A DNA stretch of 64,000 nucleotides from NCBI RefSeq assembly GCF_018977255.1, contig NW_024704743.1, positions 51,524,001 through 51,588,000 on the forward strand, in the 5' to 3' direction. Numbering within the stretch: the stretch's first letter is position 1; each line of letters starts with the position of its first letter. This DNA is from Callorhinchus milii (lineage: Eukaryota). Under the pieces are notes generated by a model that worked only from the letters and a program-made list of their open reading frames with translations, was not told the DNA's origin and made no database searches. A program made the translations under genes and the position numbers. Of this stretch, positions 52,501 through 64,000 are shown in pieces.

Positions 52501-55500
52501 ACATTTAGATAAAGTAGATTTCTTAAGTCTCAAAATTGATATTTCAGAGAGGATCTAATTGAGATATACAGTTATGCTATGCAGAATTGGAAAGTGAAAA
52601 TAAACCCCAAATAATACTTTCACTTATGGCAATGTAGGGGGAACAGAGAACAAAATCTTAGATGAATTCAAGGACAAATCATTGAAAAAGTACTAGGTAT
52701 CTCTCCCTGGCAGCCCTCAAAGATTGAGATGGATGGACAAAAATGTCATGTAGACACTTACTTTTTTTCCAATAATTGGTTCTTTATCTTACTTCTCTGT
52801 CCACACCACACACCATTCTTTGATGAAGAATGTGGGTAGGCTATCTATTCTCCAGGCCCTGTTAATGCTGCTCTGTAACCAGTCACATATAATGTTGTAT
52901 AGACTGACTGCATCAACTCCTACCTGCCTAATTCATGTCTGGGAATGTTGTCCCACAAGGAAGCAGCATTAACTTGCCTGCTAAAGTACAAAGATTGTCA
53001 AACTGAATAGATTTGTGGTGGCACACACCCATAGACTGATCCTATTGATGAATAGTGTAGACTGTAGAGCAAAAAATGCAATGCTTTTGTTCTGATCGTA
53101 AAGAGGCATACATGCTATACACACACACACTTACACACAAATACACACAGTACATTATGCATCTGTCCTCAGCATAAACATCATATTGTATCAACCCCAG
53201 GGTATTAAAGCCAATGCATTTATCAGACACAATGATAACTGAAATGAAAACACAAAATGAAAATAAAGCAATTTTTTTCTCTACCAATATTTTTAAAAAT
53301 TCATTGAAAACACATTTACGCTCTGTTGTCAGTGCAATTTTAAAGAAACCGCAAGTTAAGTCCTGTGATTTCCAATCACAGCTCTCTTGGTGAATATAAA
53401 CTATTCCATTTCAAACAGCAGACAATCTCGCAGGTTGCCTTCCTGGGGAGTTGGGGTAGGGAGTGTTTTTGAGATGAGCACATAGATTTAAAAAATTCTA
53501 ATCTCCTGTTTTCTTGAAGGGTTTTGTATCCTTGTCTCATGTGTCAGAATGCTGCTTATTTTTTGCTAATTTCAGAAACAGTGTGACTTGCTGTCCTGAT
53601 GCAGCCCTTTGATGGTTATTAGTCTTAAAGTGAAAATGTTAAACAATGGAATGATGTTTAAAAAATAGTGCAGCCAATTATGGTAGCCTTTCAACCTCTT
53701 CATTGCTGTCAGAATGAAATAAACATGTAGGTAGCATTTTGACAGATTTTCGGGAAATTTCCATTACAACCATACTGCTTTAAATCCATTAGTACAATTT
53801 GATGACACTTAGCTCTGTAATGAGCTGAAATGAAGGCATGATGAAAAGGACAAATCTGAACTGGTTGACTGTAAGTTGCATCATTGCATCGGTCCCAGAA
53901 TTGTACTTTTTAACCAGAGTTCTTATTCAATCCAAGTCACCAATGCTAAAACAGTGCACGTTGACTAACCACAATGCACTGCATTCTCAGGACATCAGCA
54001 TAGCTGTATCTCATTAAGTCAGTGGGGGATCAGTACACACTATGACTTTTGGTGGTGATAGTTAATGTGTCTCAGCGCAGGTCCTGAGAGCATTGCTTGT
54101 GGAGCAGATTTTTTCTTGATTGGAAACTATGTGTAGTAAAAGTAGTGGCGATGTTTTTTATCCACCCATAGCAAAATGACACTCATAAGCAAACCCCTAT
54201 ATTTTACCGTTTATATGTTTAAAATAAAGGAATCCAGCCAAGTCTGATAGTGATCAAAACTGCCCTTTTTAATCGTAAAGCAGCCATTCAAGTTTTCCAT
54301 CTCTCAGATTCCATGAGGTTTTAGTTAAACATTAAAGCACTGGAGGCTGGTCATGCTTTAAGCTACTAGAATAGGCTAAGCCTCCACGTTGGCTAGCTGA
54401 GATATCAGCTATAAGCTGACAAGTAATTAAACCAGCATATCTTCAACAACTGTCATCTTTCATTTCTGTGCAGCTTGGATGTAAAGCAAAAGCAAGGAAG
54501 CCAAAAAAAAGGACTTTACATTACTGGGCAACTGCTGAGTGTCTCCTGCTGAACAGTTTAGCAGACTTGGGCATTTAGAGGATTGTGCTGAAGATCAAAA
54601 GGGTCAGAGATCCCTTTACCAATTAACAGCGGGGAGAAGAACATCAAATAAGGTGTAAATTTCAGTTCTGCAGTTTTCAGTAAGTCAACCATGAAATGCA
54701 TTCTAATACTTTCGAGTGGCAGCAGCTTTGGGCCGTCGGTGATGTCAGCACTGCAATGGGAAGGAAGCTTAATCGCACTTTAGAGGCCATGGACCAATCG
54801 TGCACAATTAGGTGTTAGAGCCTGCTTCTTGTCTCTGTGATAACACGGGAGCGCAACTGTTTATTACAATCACAAAACTTCTGGCAAGATCACTGAGGTC
54901 TGCCAAGAGCTCACAGCAAACAACAGAGAACAGCAGCCAGTGACCAGCCTGGCGATGTGGTCTTTTGAACAACAAGTCTATGCAGACAGAAGTAAATGAC
55001 AGTTAATTACAAATTACATTCTGATCAGGACTGTGGGGACACAGGGCTTGAATAACAATCAGACCCTGAGGCACTCACCTGCCTGCAAAGGAGAACATGC
55101 GGAGACACAAGCTGGAACGCTATACAAGTTTCAAAACAAGCTGCTACATACAAGAGATGATTGGATTACAGAGGGGTTTTTTTGGGTGGAGGAAAAAGGG
55201 GGACAGAAAGCATTCAAATTTCTACCTTAAAAAGATGACCAGAGAGTGGGGAAGATTAAAGTCACACCATTTGCTTGAAAATTGATGGGACTTTTTTATT
55301 GCTTGCAGTGGCAAATACAATGAGTAAGAACAGCCTGCAGATAAAACAAACTTTGAGTACTATGGATAAACTAGGATAGCCCGAGGCATCTAGTTGTAAA
55401 TTCAAGATGGTCAAGCATATTCAAGAAGGACGCAGAATATTAACATTGCTCAGGGGCCATTCATTCACTGTAGGATCTAACCCACTATATTGTTACTTCA

Positions 55501-56171
55501 GAGTTAAGCTGCTTATGTAGATAAGGCATTTCAGTAATAATAACATAGTCAGAAGGTGTGTGTGTTACCATTGATTATCATTCAATAGCTATGAGTGCAA
55601 GTTAAAACTCAATGGTATATTCCAGAAATCTAATGCTCATGCCTATCTGTCAGTGTATTTTTTTTTAAAAATGACCGTAATAATCCACGACCTTATTGTT
55701 TTTTGTGTTTGGTTGAAACAGATAAATTACAATAACAAAAAGGACCATGGAGGAAAATGTGCTCCCTGATGTGATGATTAGTATTATTATGGCATTATAT
55801 ATCACATTCACCCTCCCCTGCCATTGGTGTTCTTTCGTTTATAAAGGACACAAAAGGCAAACTGTATGTTAAGCCCACTGATACAGAAAATCATGAAGGG
55901 CAGCAGTCATGTGGTCTGTGGTCTGCATTGTCAGATATCAACTGTGGTGTCGGGTATTTCCCCAGAAGGTAAAGAGAATGAAGCCATAAACCACTGGTAA
56001 CTTTCTTGATACTTGTTTAGCTAGGACCCATTAGGACTTGGGCTCACAGGGATAGGGAGGCATCTGCAGATCCAAATTTTATTGATGAGCCAGATAGTCT
56101 GGTCAACAGTCAGCAAATTGATTACTGCACATAACCTCAGAGCCACTTCAACCCAGGAAGACTGCATTCAC

Positions 56172-56304
56172 CTGGAGTCCTGTAGCATAACTGGAGTCCT
56201 GTAGCGCATCTGGAGTCCTGTAGCATATCTGGAGTCCTGTAGCATATCTGGAGACCTGTAGTGTATCTGGAGTCCTGTAGCATATCTGGAATCCTGTAAC
56301 ATAT
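56172..56304 (+). repeat. Minisatellite: seven 19-bp units, consensus CTGGAGTCCTGTAGCATAT
   Basis: Units start at 56172, 56191, 56210, 56229, 56248, 56267 and 56286 and run in phase into the SINE head at 56305. Confidence 0.95.
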
Positions 56305-56306
56305 CT

Positions 56307-56691
56307 GGAGTCCTGCAGCTCAATGGTTAGAGCACTCACTTCCCAAGCGAGAAGACCCAGGTTTGATTCCGGGCAGGATGAAAGCTTAGGCAAGTTCCCT
56401 TACTCCACACGCCTCTGTTTACGAGCAGTAAGTAGGAATCCAGTAGCTAGTCAATTGGCTGATGGCTTTTCGGGGGTAATAATCCCAGCAAAGTAAATAA
56501 ATAATAATAATAATTTGGTCATTCAATCCATGATTGTTTGTGGGACATGTTTTGCGCAATTGGCTGCTGGGTTTCGCCCACAAAATACATATTCACTACA
56601 CTTTACAGTACATTCTGTGAAGCGCTTTGAGATGTCTCGATGGTATGATAGGGCGCTATATCAAATGCAAAGATTATTATTATTATTATTA
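56307..56691 (+). mobile_element. Young SINE, long subfamily, full length
   Basis: ggagtcctgcagctcaatggttagagc... ending in (ATT)n. Confidence 0.93.
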
Positions 56692-56859
56692 AGTATAGAG
56701 TAGAAACAAAAGGCAGAATAGTAAGCAGCTTGTCTTTAGAAACACAGCTAACAATCATACAATCTGAGTAATATGGACATAGATCAAAGGCTTGGTCATG
56801 TCGTAACTTCTGTTTATTCTTTCTCAACCTCCTTGACTGGAAACATGGAAAGCATCTCT

Positions 56860-56880
56860 TCTCTCTCTCTCTCTCTCTCT
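56860..56880. repeat. (CT)n microsatellite
   Basis: Run of tctctctctctctctctctct. Confidence 0.9.
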
Positions 56881-57534
56881 GCACCCTTCAGTGTATCTTT
56901 AGTCAGGGCAAAACTGAGTTCTCTTGGATAGAATATACTACTCCATAATTAACTGCATGCTTACACTATCATTATAAAACTCAAACAAATCAATGTAATG
57001 CAGACAGGAAATGCTATCTCTCTGTAACATTCTGTGAAATGAAGCTCAATGGGACCTATTACACACCATTTACTAAATAAATCTCTTGTTGTGCTCTTTG
57101 CATAGGATTTCCCATTATAAGAACACAACAAAAGATTCACTACCTGGAGCAAGCAATGCCTAACAGATCCTAATATAATTGTTTTGTAAATCGCAAGGCA
57201 CAATGACACTATGGTCTGAGTTGTGAGCTTTAATCATAGGCTTGCTTTCCATCTGGTTCAATTAATTTCAAACTGATTTACCACCACGAGTGGAAACTTC
57301 ATTTTGCTAAAAAGGTGAGAAATGTATTACAGGAAGCTCTACATAATATGAAGAGTAACACAGATAGATAAATGCTAAAGGAAGGTCACATTCATAACTT
57401 TGGCTGAGCTCCACTTCTGTGCTTCAATTCCAGTACTTTGTGCATTACTACTGTACCTTATGAGATGCTCCTTCTATATAGTTTATAGTCTAGTAACACC
57501 TAGTAAAATGGCTTACTCCCTGGATTAGGGTAAC

Positions 57535-57955
57535 CACTCTGTTGGTTGCACTTGCGGCTCTGTGTTAGAAAGTTGTAGGTTCGAACACCACTTTTCTAAT
57601 AATAATAATAGTCCAGGCTGAAATTTCAGTGCCGTGCTGGTAGTGTGATGATTTGTTGGAGATGCCATCTTTCGGATGAGACAAGGGTCTGTCTACTTGT
57701 CCATTTGGATGTTAAAGATTCCATTGCTCTACTTGAAAAGAGATAGGAGTTTCTTCTGGTGTCCTCACCAACAATCCCCCAAATAAAATTGGTCAATCAA
57801 TGTATAGCTGTTTGTGGGACATTACTGAGAATCAAATTGGCTGCTGCCTTTGCCTACAAAGTCACAGTCACTCCACTTCACAGTATATCAAGTGATGCAC
57901 TTGGAAATGTCCTCCTGACCTGAAAGGCACTATGTGAATATAAGGATTATTTATG
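57535..57955 (+). mobile_element. Old Deu-domain-type SINE, near full length
   Basis: tRNA-like head (gttgtaggttcgaac), ggagatgccatctttcggatgagac core and tail. Confidence 0.85.
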
Positions 57956-58354
57956 ATTGAAATGAAGATATTTAAGAATTAAACACATTTTCTTTTCTGT
58001 TACATTTGTCAAAGTAAATTTATTGACACTCAATACTTCTGTATCATGTTTCCATAGAGGTAATTTTGATCCCTGTACACTCCACACACTAAACATCTGA
58101 ATTAGTTACTTCTGGTTTGAGTCTCTGTATATTGTCATTGATGGGGAACTGAAAAAGTTTGTTTCATCTTGTTACTCTCAGCTTTGCATCACAGCAAATG
58201 CTTAATTGTTTTAAGATTTGCACCACATAAGATGTTTCTAGCAATATATAAGGTGTCCCCCCCATTATTTTTATTTTGGGTAGTGTGGGTTCCTTGTTGA
58301 CTCCTAATAAACAGGAGTGTTGTAAAACCAACTTCGAGTGATAAATAGATGGCT

Positions 58355-59724
58355 TCCAATGTTTAGGAAACATTTTAGAATCATTGATTAAGGATGCGGT
58401 AGTGTGGTATTTAGGGGAGCACAATATAATTAGGCCAAGTCAACATGGCTTTACAAAAGGGAAGTCATGTTTGACAAATCTCATAGAGTTTTTTGAGGAT
58501 ATTTTGAGCAAACTAGATAAGGGTGAATCAGTGGATGTGGTCTATTTGGACTTCCAGAAGGCGTTCGATAAGGTGCCACATAAAAGGTTAGTCCAAAAGA
58601 TAAGGGCCCATGGAATTGGGGGGAGCATATTAATGTGGATTGGGGAATGGTTAACGGGTAGGAAACAAAGAGTAGGGATAAATGGGTCCTTTTCAGATTG
58701 GTGGGATGTGACTAGTGGAATGCCACAAGGATCAGTCCTTGGGCCTCAGCTATTTACCATCTACATCAACGATCTTGATGAGGACATCGAAGCTAATATA
58801 TCTAAATTTGCGGATGACACAAAACTAGGAGGAAGTGTCAACACAGAGGATGACATTAAAAAAATGCAGCGAGACATAGATAGGTTTGGTGATTAGGCAG
58901 TAGGTGGCAGATGAAGTATAATGTAGGGAAGTGCAAAGTCATCCACCTCGGTAGCAAAAACAGTCGAGTGGGTTATTTTTTAGAAGGGGAGAGATTGGAA
59001 TGGGTTAGAGTCCAGAGGGACTTGGGTGTCCTTGTACACCAATCACAGAAAGTTAGTCTGCAGGTGCAGCAGCAATTAGGAAGCCGAACGGTATGTTAGC
59101 ATTCATTATGAAAGGATTAGAGTATAAGAGTAGGGAAGTCTTGCTGCAACTGTATAGGGCCCTGGTGAGACTACACCTGGAATATTGTGTGCAGTTTTGG
59201 TCTCCTTATTTAAGGAAGGATGTACTTGCCTTGGAGGGGGTGCAGCATAGATTTACTAGGTTAGTACCAGAGATGAAGGGGATGAGTTACGAGGAAAGGC
59301 TGAACAATTTGGGCCTATGTTCTCTAGAATATAGAAAAATTGGGCAATCTACTCTATCATCAAAGGGCATGATAGAGTAGATAGTGGAAGATTGTTTCCG
59401 CTGGTTGGAGAAACTAAAACCAGGGGTCACAACCTTAAAATCAGAGACCAGCCCTTTCACACTGAGTTAAGGAAGAACTCCTTCACTCAAAGGGTGGTGA
59501 ATGTATGGAACTCACTACCCCAATGGACTGTTGACGCTCAGTCCTTGAACATATTTAAACCTGAGATAGATATGTTTCTTATTGCAAAAGGGATTAAGGG
59601 ATATGGGGATAAGGCAGGGTTAGGTTATTAGCTGGAGTTACATTAGAAGATCAGCCATGATTGAATGGCGGGGCAGGCTCGAGGGCCGAATGGCCTACAC
59701 CTGCTCCTTTATGTTATGTTAATG
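58355..59724 (+). mobile_element. CR1 LINE, 5'-truncated, RT domain + 3' UTR
   Basis: [50 protein letters not shown] and LEYCVQFWSPY, with stops and frameshifts downstream; ends in a tatgttatgtt tail. Confidence 0.97.
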
Positions 59725-59753
59725 CTTAAAAAAAAGCCAGCTTCAAGGACTTT

Positions 59754-59868
59754 AGGTCCCTGTTGACATCACTTCCTACATATTGCATGCTATGTGCAGG
59801 AAGTGTCACTGATGTAACTTCCTGTACACTGTGCATGTGTACACAGGAAATGATATTAACAGTGACCT
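59754..59868. repeat. Palindromic element with two internal hairpins (family C)
   Basis: Left aggtccctgttgacatcacttcct versus right rc aggtcactgttaatatcatttcct; related sequence at 27672-27799. Confidence 0.75.
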
Positions 59869-59964
59869 GATGCTTCAGAAGTATTTTTTGTGTTTGCCTT
59901 TTGAGACATGATCCAGAGGACTGCATTATAACAAAGTTCCTCAATACCACATGCAGCACTAAAC

Positions 59965-60125
59965 AAAAAGAACAACTTGCTTTTAGATAGCACCCTTCAC
60001 GTGGCATAGCATTTTGGAGTGCCTATCAATGGCATAGTCTGATGCTGAGCTGGGGAGAAAGGAGAGGTGACTGAAGACGAAAGTCGTCAGGACCAATTTG
60101 AGAAAATTGACAGAAGAGCATCTTG
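59965..60125 (-). mobile_element. L2 3' end, degenerate
   Basis: aacaacttgcttttagatagcacccttcac... matches the reverse complement of 33040-33110. Confidence 0.65.
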
Positions 60126-60184
60126 GAAGTTCTGAACGATACATCACAGTACCTCGCGTAGTACAGAAATACACCCATGCCCAT

Positions 60185-60570
60185 TGACTCAATTTGTCTT
60201 AGTAGTACTCTCAATCAAAAGGCCCCATGTTCAAACCTGAGCTCATGCTTTAGAATGAGACTCATTGCAGTCCTGGAGAAAGCATAGCCTTGTCAGAGGC
60301 AATGTTGGAAGAAATGTTCACTGAGGTCCAGTCTACCGGTTCTTTCGATGAGCATCAAGATCCCTTGAACCAATTTGAAAAGTAAAGTAAGTCGATACCA
60401 GTGGACTGAATAACTTTTCCAAATGAGTTGGTCATTCATCTCATTACACAAATAGTTGCCAAATTCGCCTTCAAAAACAGGCACTACATTTAACAGTAAT
60501 TACTTGTAAACCTCTTTGGAGTCATTTGGGCATAATCAGCAGCTATGAAACTGCAGCTGCATCTTTCTAT
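60185..60570 (+). mobile_element. Old Deu-domain-type SINE, degenerate
   Basis: Head remnant gactca...tagtactctc...gttcaaac; core aaatgttcactgaggtccagtct...aagatccc. Confidence 0.6.
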
Positions 60571-60654
60571 ATTTACAGAATTGGAACATTATACTGATAA
60601 TTACTGAATACTACCATTTTATTCATTTTTATGATAATATTAATTTTAATTATT

Positions 60655-60940
60655 TGGATGAAAGGTTAAACCAAAGTCCTGTCTGTCTGTTTACATGGAT
60701 ATAAAAGATTCCATGAAACTATACAAAATGGAAGGTGGGGAGATTCTAGCACTGTCCTGCTCAACAATCCTCCAGATTAATCAATCATTCACCTTATGAC
60801 TGTTTGTAGGACTTTACTGGCACATACAGCTGCTATGTATGCCTATAGAAATCATTAATGAGACTTAACAGTAATTACCTGCTTATTTGTGAAGAGCTTT
60901 GAGACATTTCAATGTGATGAAGTGCTGTAAAAAAAATTAT
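60655..60940 (+). mobile_element. Old Deu-domain-type SINE
   Basis: ggatgaaaggttaaaccaaagtcctgtctg...ggatataaaagattccatg...ctgtttgtaggac. Confidence 0.75.
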
Positions 60941-61903
60941 TTCCACCATTAATTATGAGAAAAAGAGATGTAGTGAGTTTCCCATTATAGGCACATGCTT
61001 GGAAACTCAGAAAATTTGTAGACAAGTAGAAAATAATACAAGTGCATTTAATGACAAGCAGAGAATACACTCATTGTTAGCAAAAAGCCCATGATGCCTG
61101 TTACATAAACACAAATTGACCTGAATTACTTACTGTGATCCATGTGTCCGCCCTTTCGAGGATACAGAATTTCTAGTGTTAATACTAGAAAGTAGCTGGT
61201 TTGTGCATTTACAGCACGAACTTCTATTCATTATTCCTGCTTCCTAGCGTTCGCAGGAAATTGGGAAACCAGGGCTATAGAGTGGAGGTCAGTTCACAAA
61301 CCAGTTCTGAACCTCTGCTGAAAGAAAAATAAATATCTAGAGAAGGGATCAGGCTGAAGTAGAATTTTGTTCACAGACGTCTTTGGCTTGTGTTTGCACT
61401 TGAAAAACATGACTTAAGAAGCAGCTACAGAGCACAGCATCTTTGAAGGAACTTATTGCGAAACGTTCCAGGAAATAACACATGTTTGGCTAGGATCCCA
61501 AAGGACTGACAAATGGAACAATGAGCAGGTACTAGAGCTGAGATTTCATTCTTATCTTTATGATGGCTTAATTATTCTGTCAATCACTGTGTTCAGTAAT
61601 CAAAACACGGTGAAGCTGCCCTTTTCTTATTTCCTCCATTTTTTTCTCTGCCCTCTGCATGACTCCTTGCAGTGTACATCTTCAGACAAACCAGAAACCC
61701 CACTTAGAATTGTACAGAATGATACAGCATGGAAACAAAACATTCAACCCAACTGGTCCATGCCAGTGTTTAGACTCCACATGACAACCGCCCACCCCCA
61801 TTGCCCCCTTCGGCCTCTCTTTCTGTTCACTTTCTATTCACTTCTCCCTTATGCATGCATCAAGTTTCCTCTTAAGTACATTGATGACTTGATTCTCGAA
61901 TCG

Positions 61904-62070
61904 GACTATTTTCTTAACATTTCTGAGCATTCAGGTTTTGGTAAATTCTTATATTTGCAGCTGATTTTGTGCAGTTCTTAAAAACAATCTGGGGGAAACT
62001 GGCTCCAAAATTAAGACAAATGTAATATTTTTCCAACATTTGCAATGCTCTGAGTGTTAAGAAAATAGTC
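61904..62070. repeat. Long imperfect palindrome (fold-back family A)
   Basis: Left gactattttcttaacatttctgagcatt versus right rc gactattttcttaacactcagagcatt. Confidence 0.8.
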
Positions 62071-62129
62071 TAAGCCTGGAACCAGATGGAGGTTCTGGCT
62101 CATAAAAGTTCCCCAAAACAATCCAGAGT

Positions 62130-62345
62130 ATTTAGGCTTTATAACTTTCCTAACACCCCTAACCTCTAGAACTCTCTACCTCAATCCCTCTGTCTCATCA
62201 CCCCTCCCCCATCCCTCTATCTATCTTTAAATCCCAATTTAAGACTTACCTCTGCAACCTATAGTCACCTCTCACTTCTCATTTGCTTGCTGTCCAACCC
62301 CACCTTTGACACACTATCCTACATAAGACACTCCGAGACGCTCTG
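62130..62345 (+). mobile_element. L2 3' end, old
   Basis: cccctaacctctagaactctctacc...tttaaatcccaatttaagacttacctct is similar to 18230-18330. Confidence 0.65.
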
Positions 62346-64000
62346 ATTATGCTTCAACTTAAGAAAATTGCTTGAAATCCTTTTGATTGTAACAGATGGT
62401 TACACATCTATACTGATATACACCCATTCAACAAATACAAATTTATATTTATATAATGCCTTTCACATTGGGAGATGTTCCAAGGTGTTCAACAATACTG
62501 ATTTGGCATCTGAGTTGCAGATTCTGAGTATTCAGAGCAAGATATGCACACAATAACAGCCACAAAAACAATGTAAAATCACATGTGCACACATACGCAC
62601 AAAATCTCTTTCCTCTCCCACACACACCATATGTTCTGACAATATTTAAAAAAATGTTTCTATATTGCCTGATCAGAATGAAATGTCTCAAAGTACTTCA
62701 CAAATAACGACTCTCCAGTGTTGTGACACTTTACTTAAAGAGAAACAAATCAGTCATTTGCATCAGCAAGATCCCACATCCAACCCTGAGCTGGACGTCA
62801 TCCTAAATTTGCTGTTCTGATTCAGACAATTGTCCAAAGCTGATAGAAGTATTACATTTATTTTCCTTAATGTAAAAGTGTGTGGTGGGGGGATGACTCT
62901 GTACAGTTAATCACATACTATGTACCTACTTACAGAACCAGTCTCAGTTTAGGAGGTGAATAACCTTCAGCTGCCATTTATCAATGACAAACTTTTTTTA
63001 ATAAATTTTTTGTAAGATTTATTCCCACAGGTCTCTGAACAGGTGGTTCTGCCAGCCCCAGTGGCAATTCCTGCAGGCGTACCTGTTTTTTTACACCACA
63101 TGATGGAGCACTGAGATCTGCACCTCAGATAACTTAAAAGCACAGACAGCATTCAAGTAAATTCCAGACAGGTAATACGCATTGAGGATGTGGTAATGTT
63201 TCATGCATTTAAACCATGTTTTCAGCTTTAATTCACAAAGCACAGCAGATTCAAATAAAAGGCTACGAATCTTAATTGTAATGTGCATTATGCTTTGACT
63301 TATTGATTGAGTACATGTATTTATTAAAATATTTGTCAACATTTTTATGTGATACACCCTCCATTTTTATACCTGCATTCATAGGGATATTATACAAAGG
63401 TTACATTTGACAGACTGAAATATTGCTTTTGGGTTAGATAACAGTAATGAAAGCCATATATACCAACTGCATTACTTTTACATGACATGCACTAACTGTA
63501 TTGATATAAAATATGCTATTTGTAATACAGAGGTGAAAAATGAGATGTTTCATAACTAGTTTGATAATCATTGATTGTGTTGGCGAATCTGTTATGAAAC
63601 ATTGGATTTTCAATTCCATTGTATAATATCCACTGACTGTGTAAGTGTACTGACTTATTATTGTTATATATAAGACAGTTAAATAAAAAACAGTCTATCA
63701 TGTTTTAAATATATAGAGGGAGCCTGTTATATATTACAATGACCATTAACTCTTATTATTTAACAAAATTTCATACTCTAAATTTTTATTTTCCTGTCAT
63801 TTATCCTGGGTACCATTGCATTCTGTATAAAATGCATTGATCATTATTTCATGGAATTTAGAGATTATCACTTGATAACTTGCAGTGAATTGTGTGTTGT
63901 CATTATTGTTTTAATGTGAGCTGAACATTATCAGCACCAGGGAGAAGGGCTGAGATTTGCTGTGACACACGGTACTGTTTACAAATACACCGAGGTAAGA

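Noticed and set aside
56172..56304. CRISPR-like array
   Set aside because: Units are contiguous 19-mers with no unique spacers, no cas genes are present, the context is eukaryotic, and the unit derives from the adjacent SINE head.
58384..58896. 170-aa RT ORF as a retron/DGR-like or domesticated RT
   Set aside because: It is ordinary CR1 RT, 5'-truncated, and followed by a broken CR1 C-terminus and 3' UTR.

Overview
This is AT-rich vertebrate non-coding DNA (intergenic or a very long intron). The repeat complement suggests a cartilaginous fish, possibly a holocephalan such as the elephant shark; that is recollection-based inference, not a database result. I found no convincing host protein-coding exon. 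Every ORF I could assign to a family belongs to a decayed retroelement: L2 LINEs (a long ORF2 at 1-2838 and an RT fragment at 23.8-24.9 kb), CR1 LINEs, an RTE fragment and a Gypsy-type integrase relic at 42.6-43.5 kb. Two tRNA-derived SINE lineages are abundant: an old Deu-domain type and a younger CORE-like type that shares the L2 3' stem-loop. Non-autonomous DNA-transposon relics (hAT-Charlie-like, Tigger-like) and several families of long palindromes are also present. The most notable observations are a 19-bp tandem array built from a SINE's own 5' end, loop turnover in the SINE 3' hairpin tracking the L2 tail, modular SINE construction, recurrent fold-back elements, and two minus-strand acceptor-GCAG-donor motifs. 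I see no evidence for a new multi-gene system or a CRISPR array. Coordinates of old repeats are approximate.
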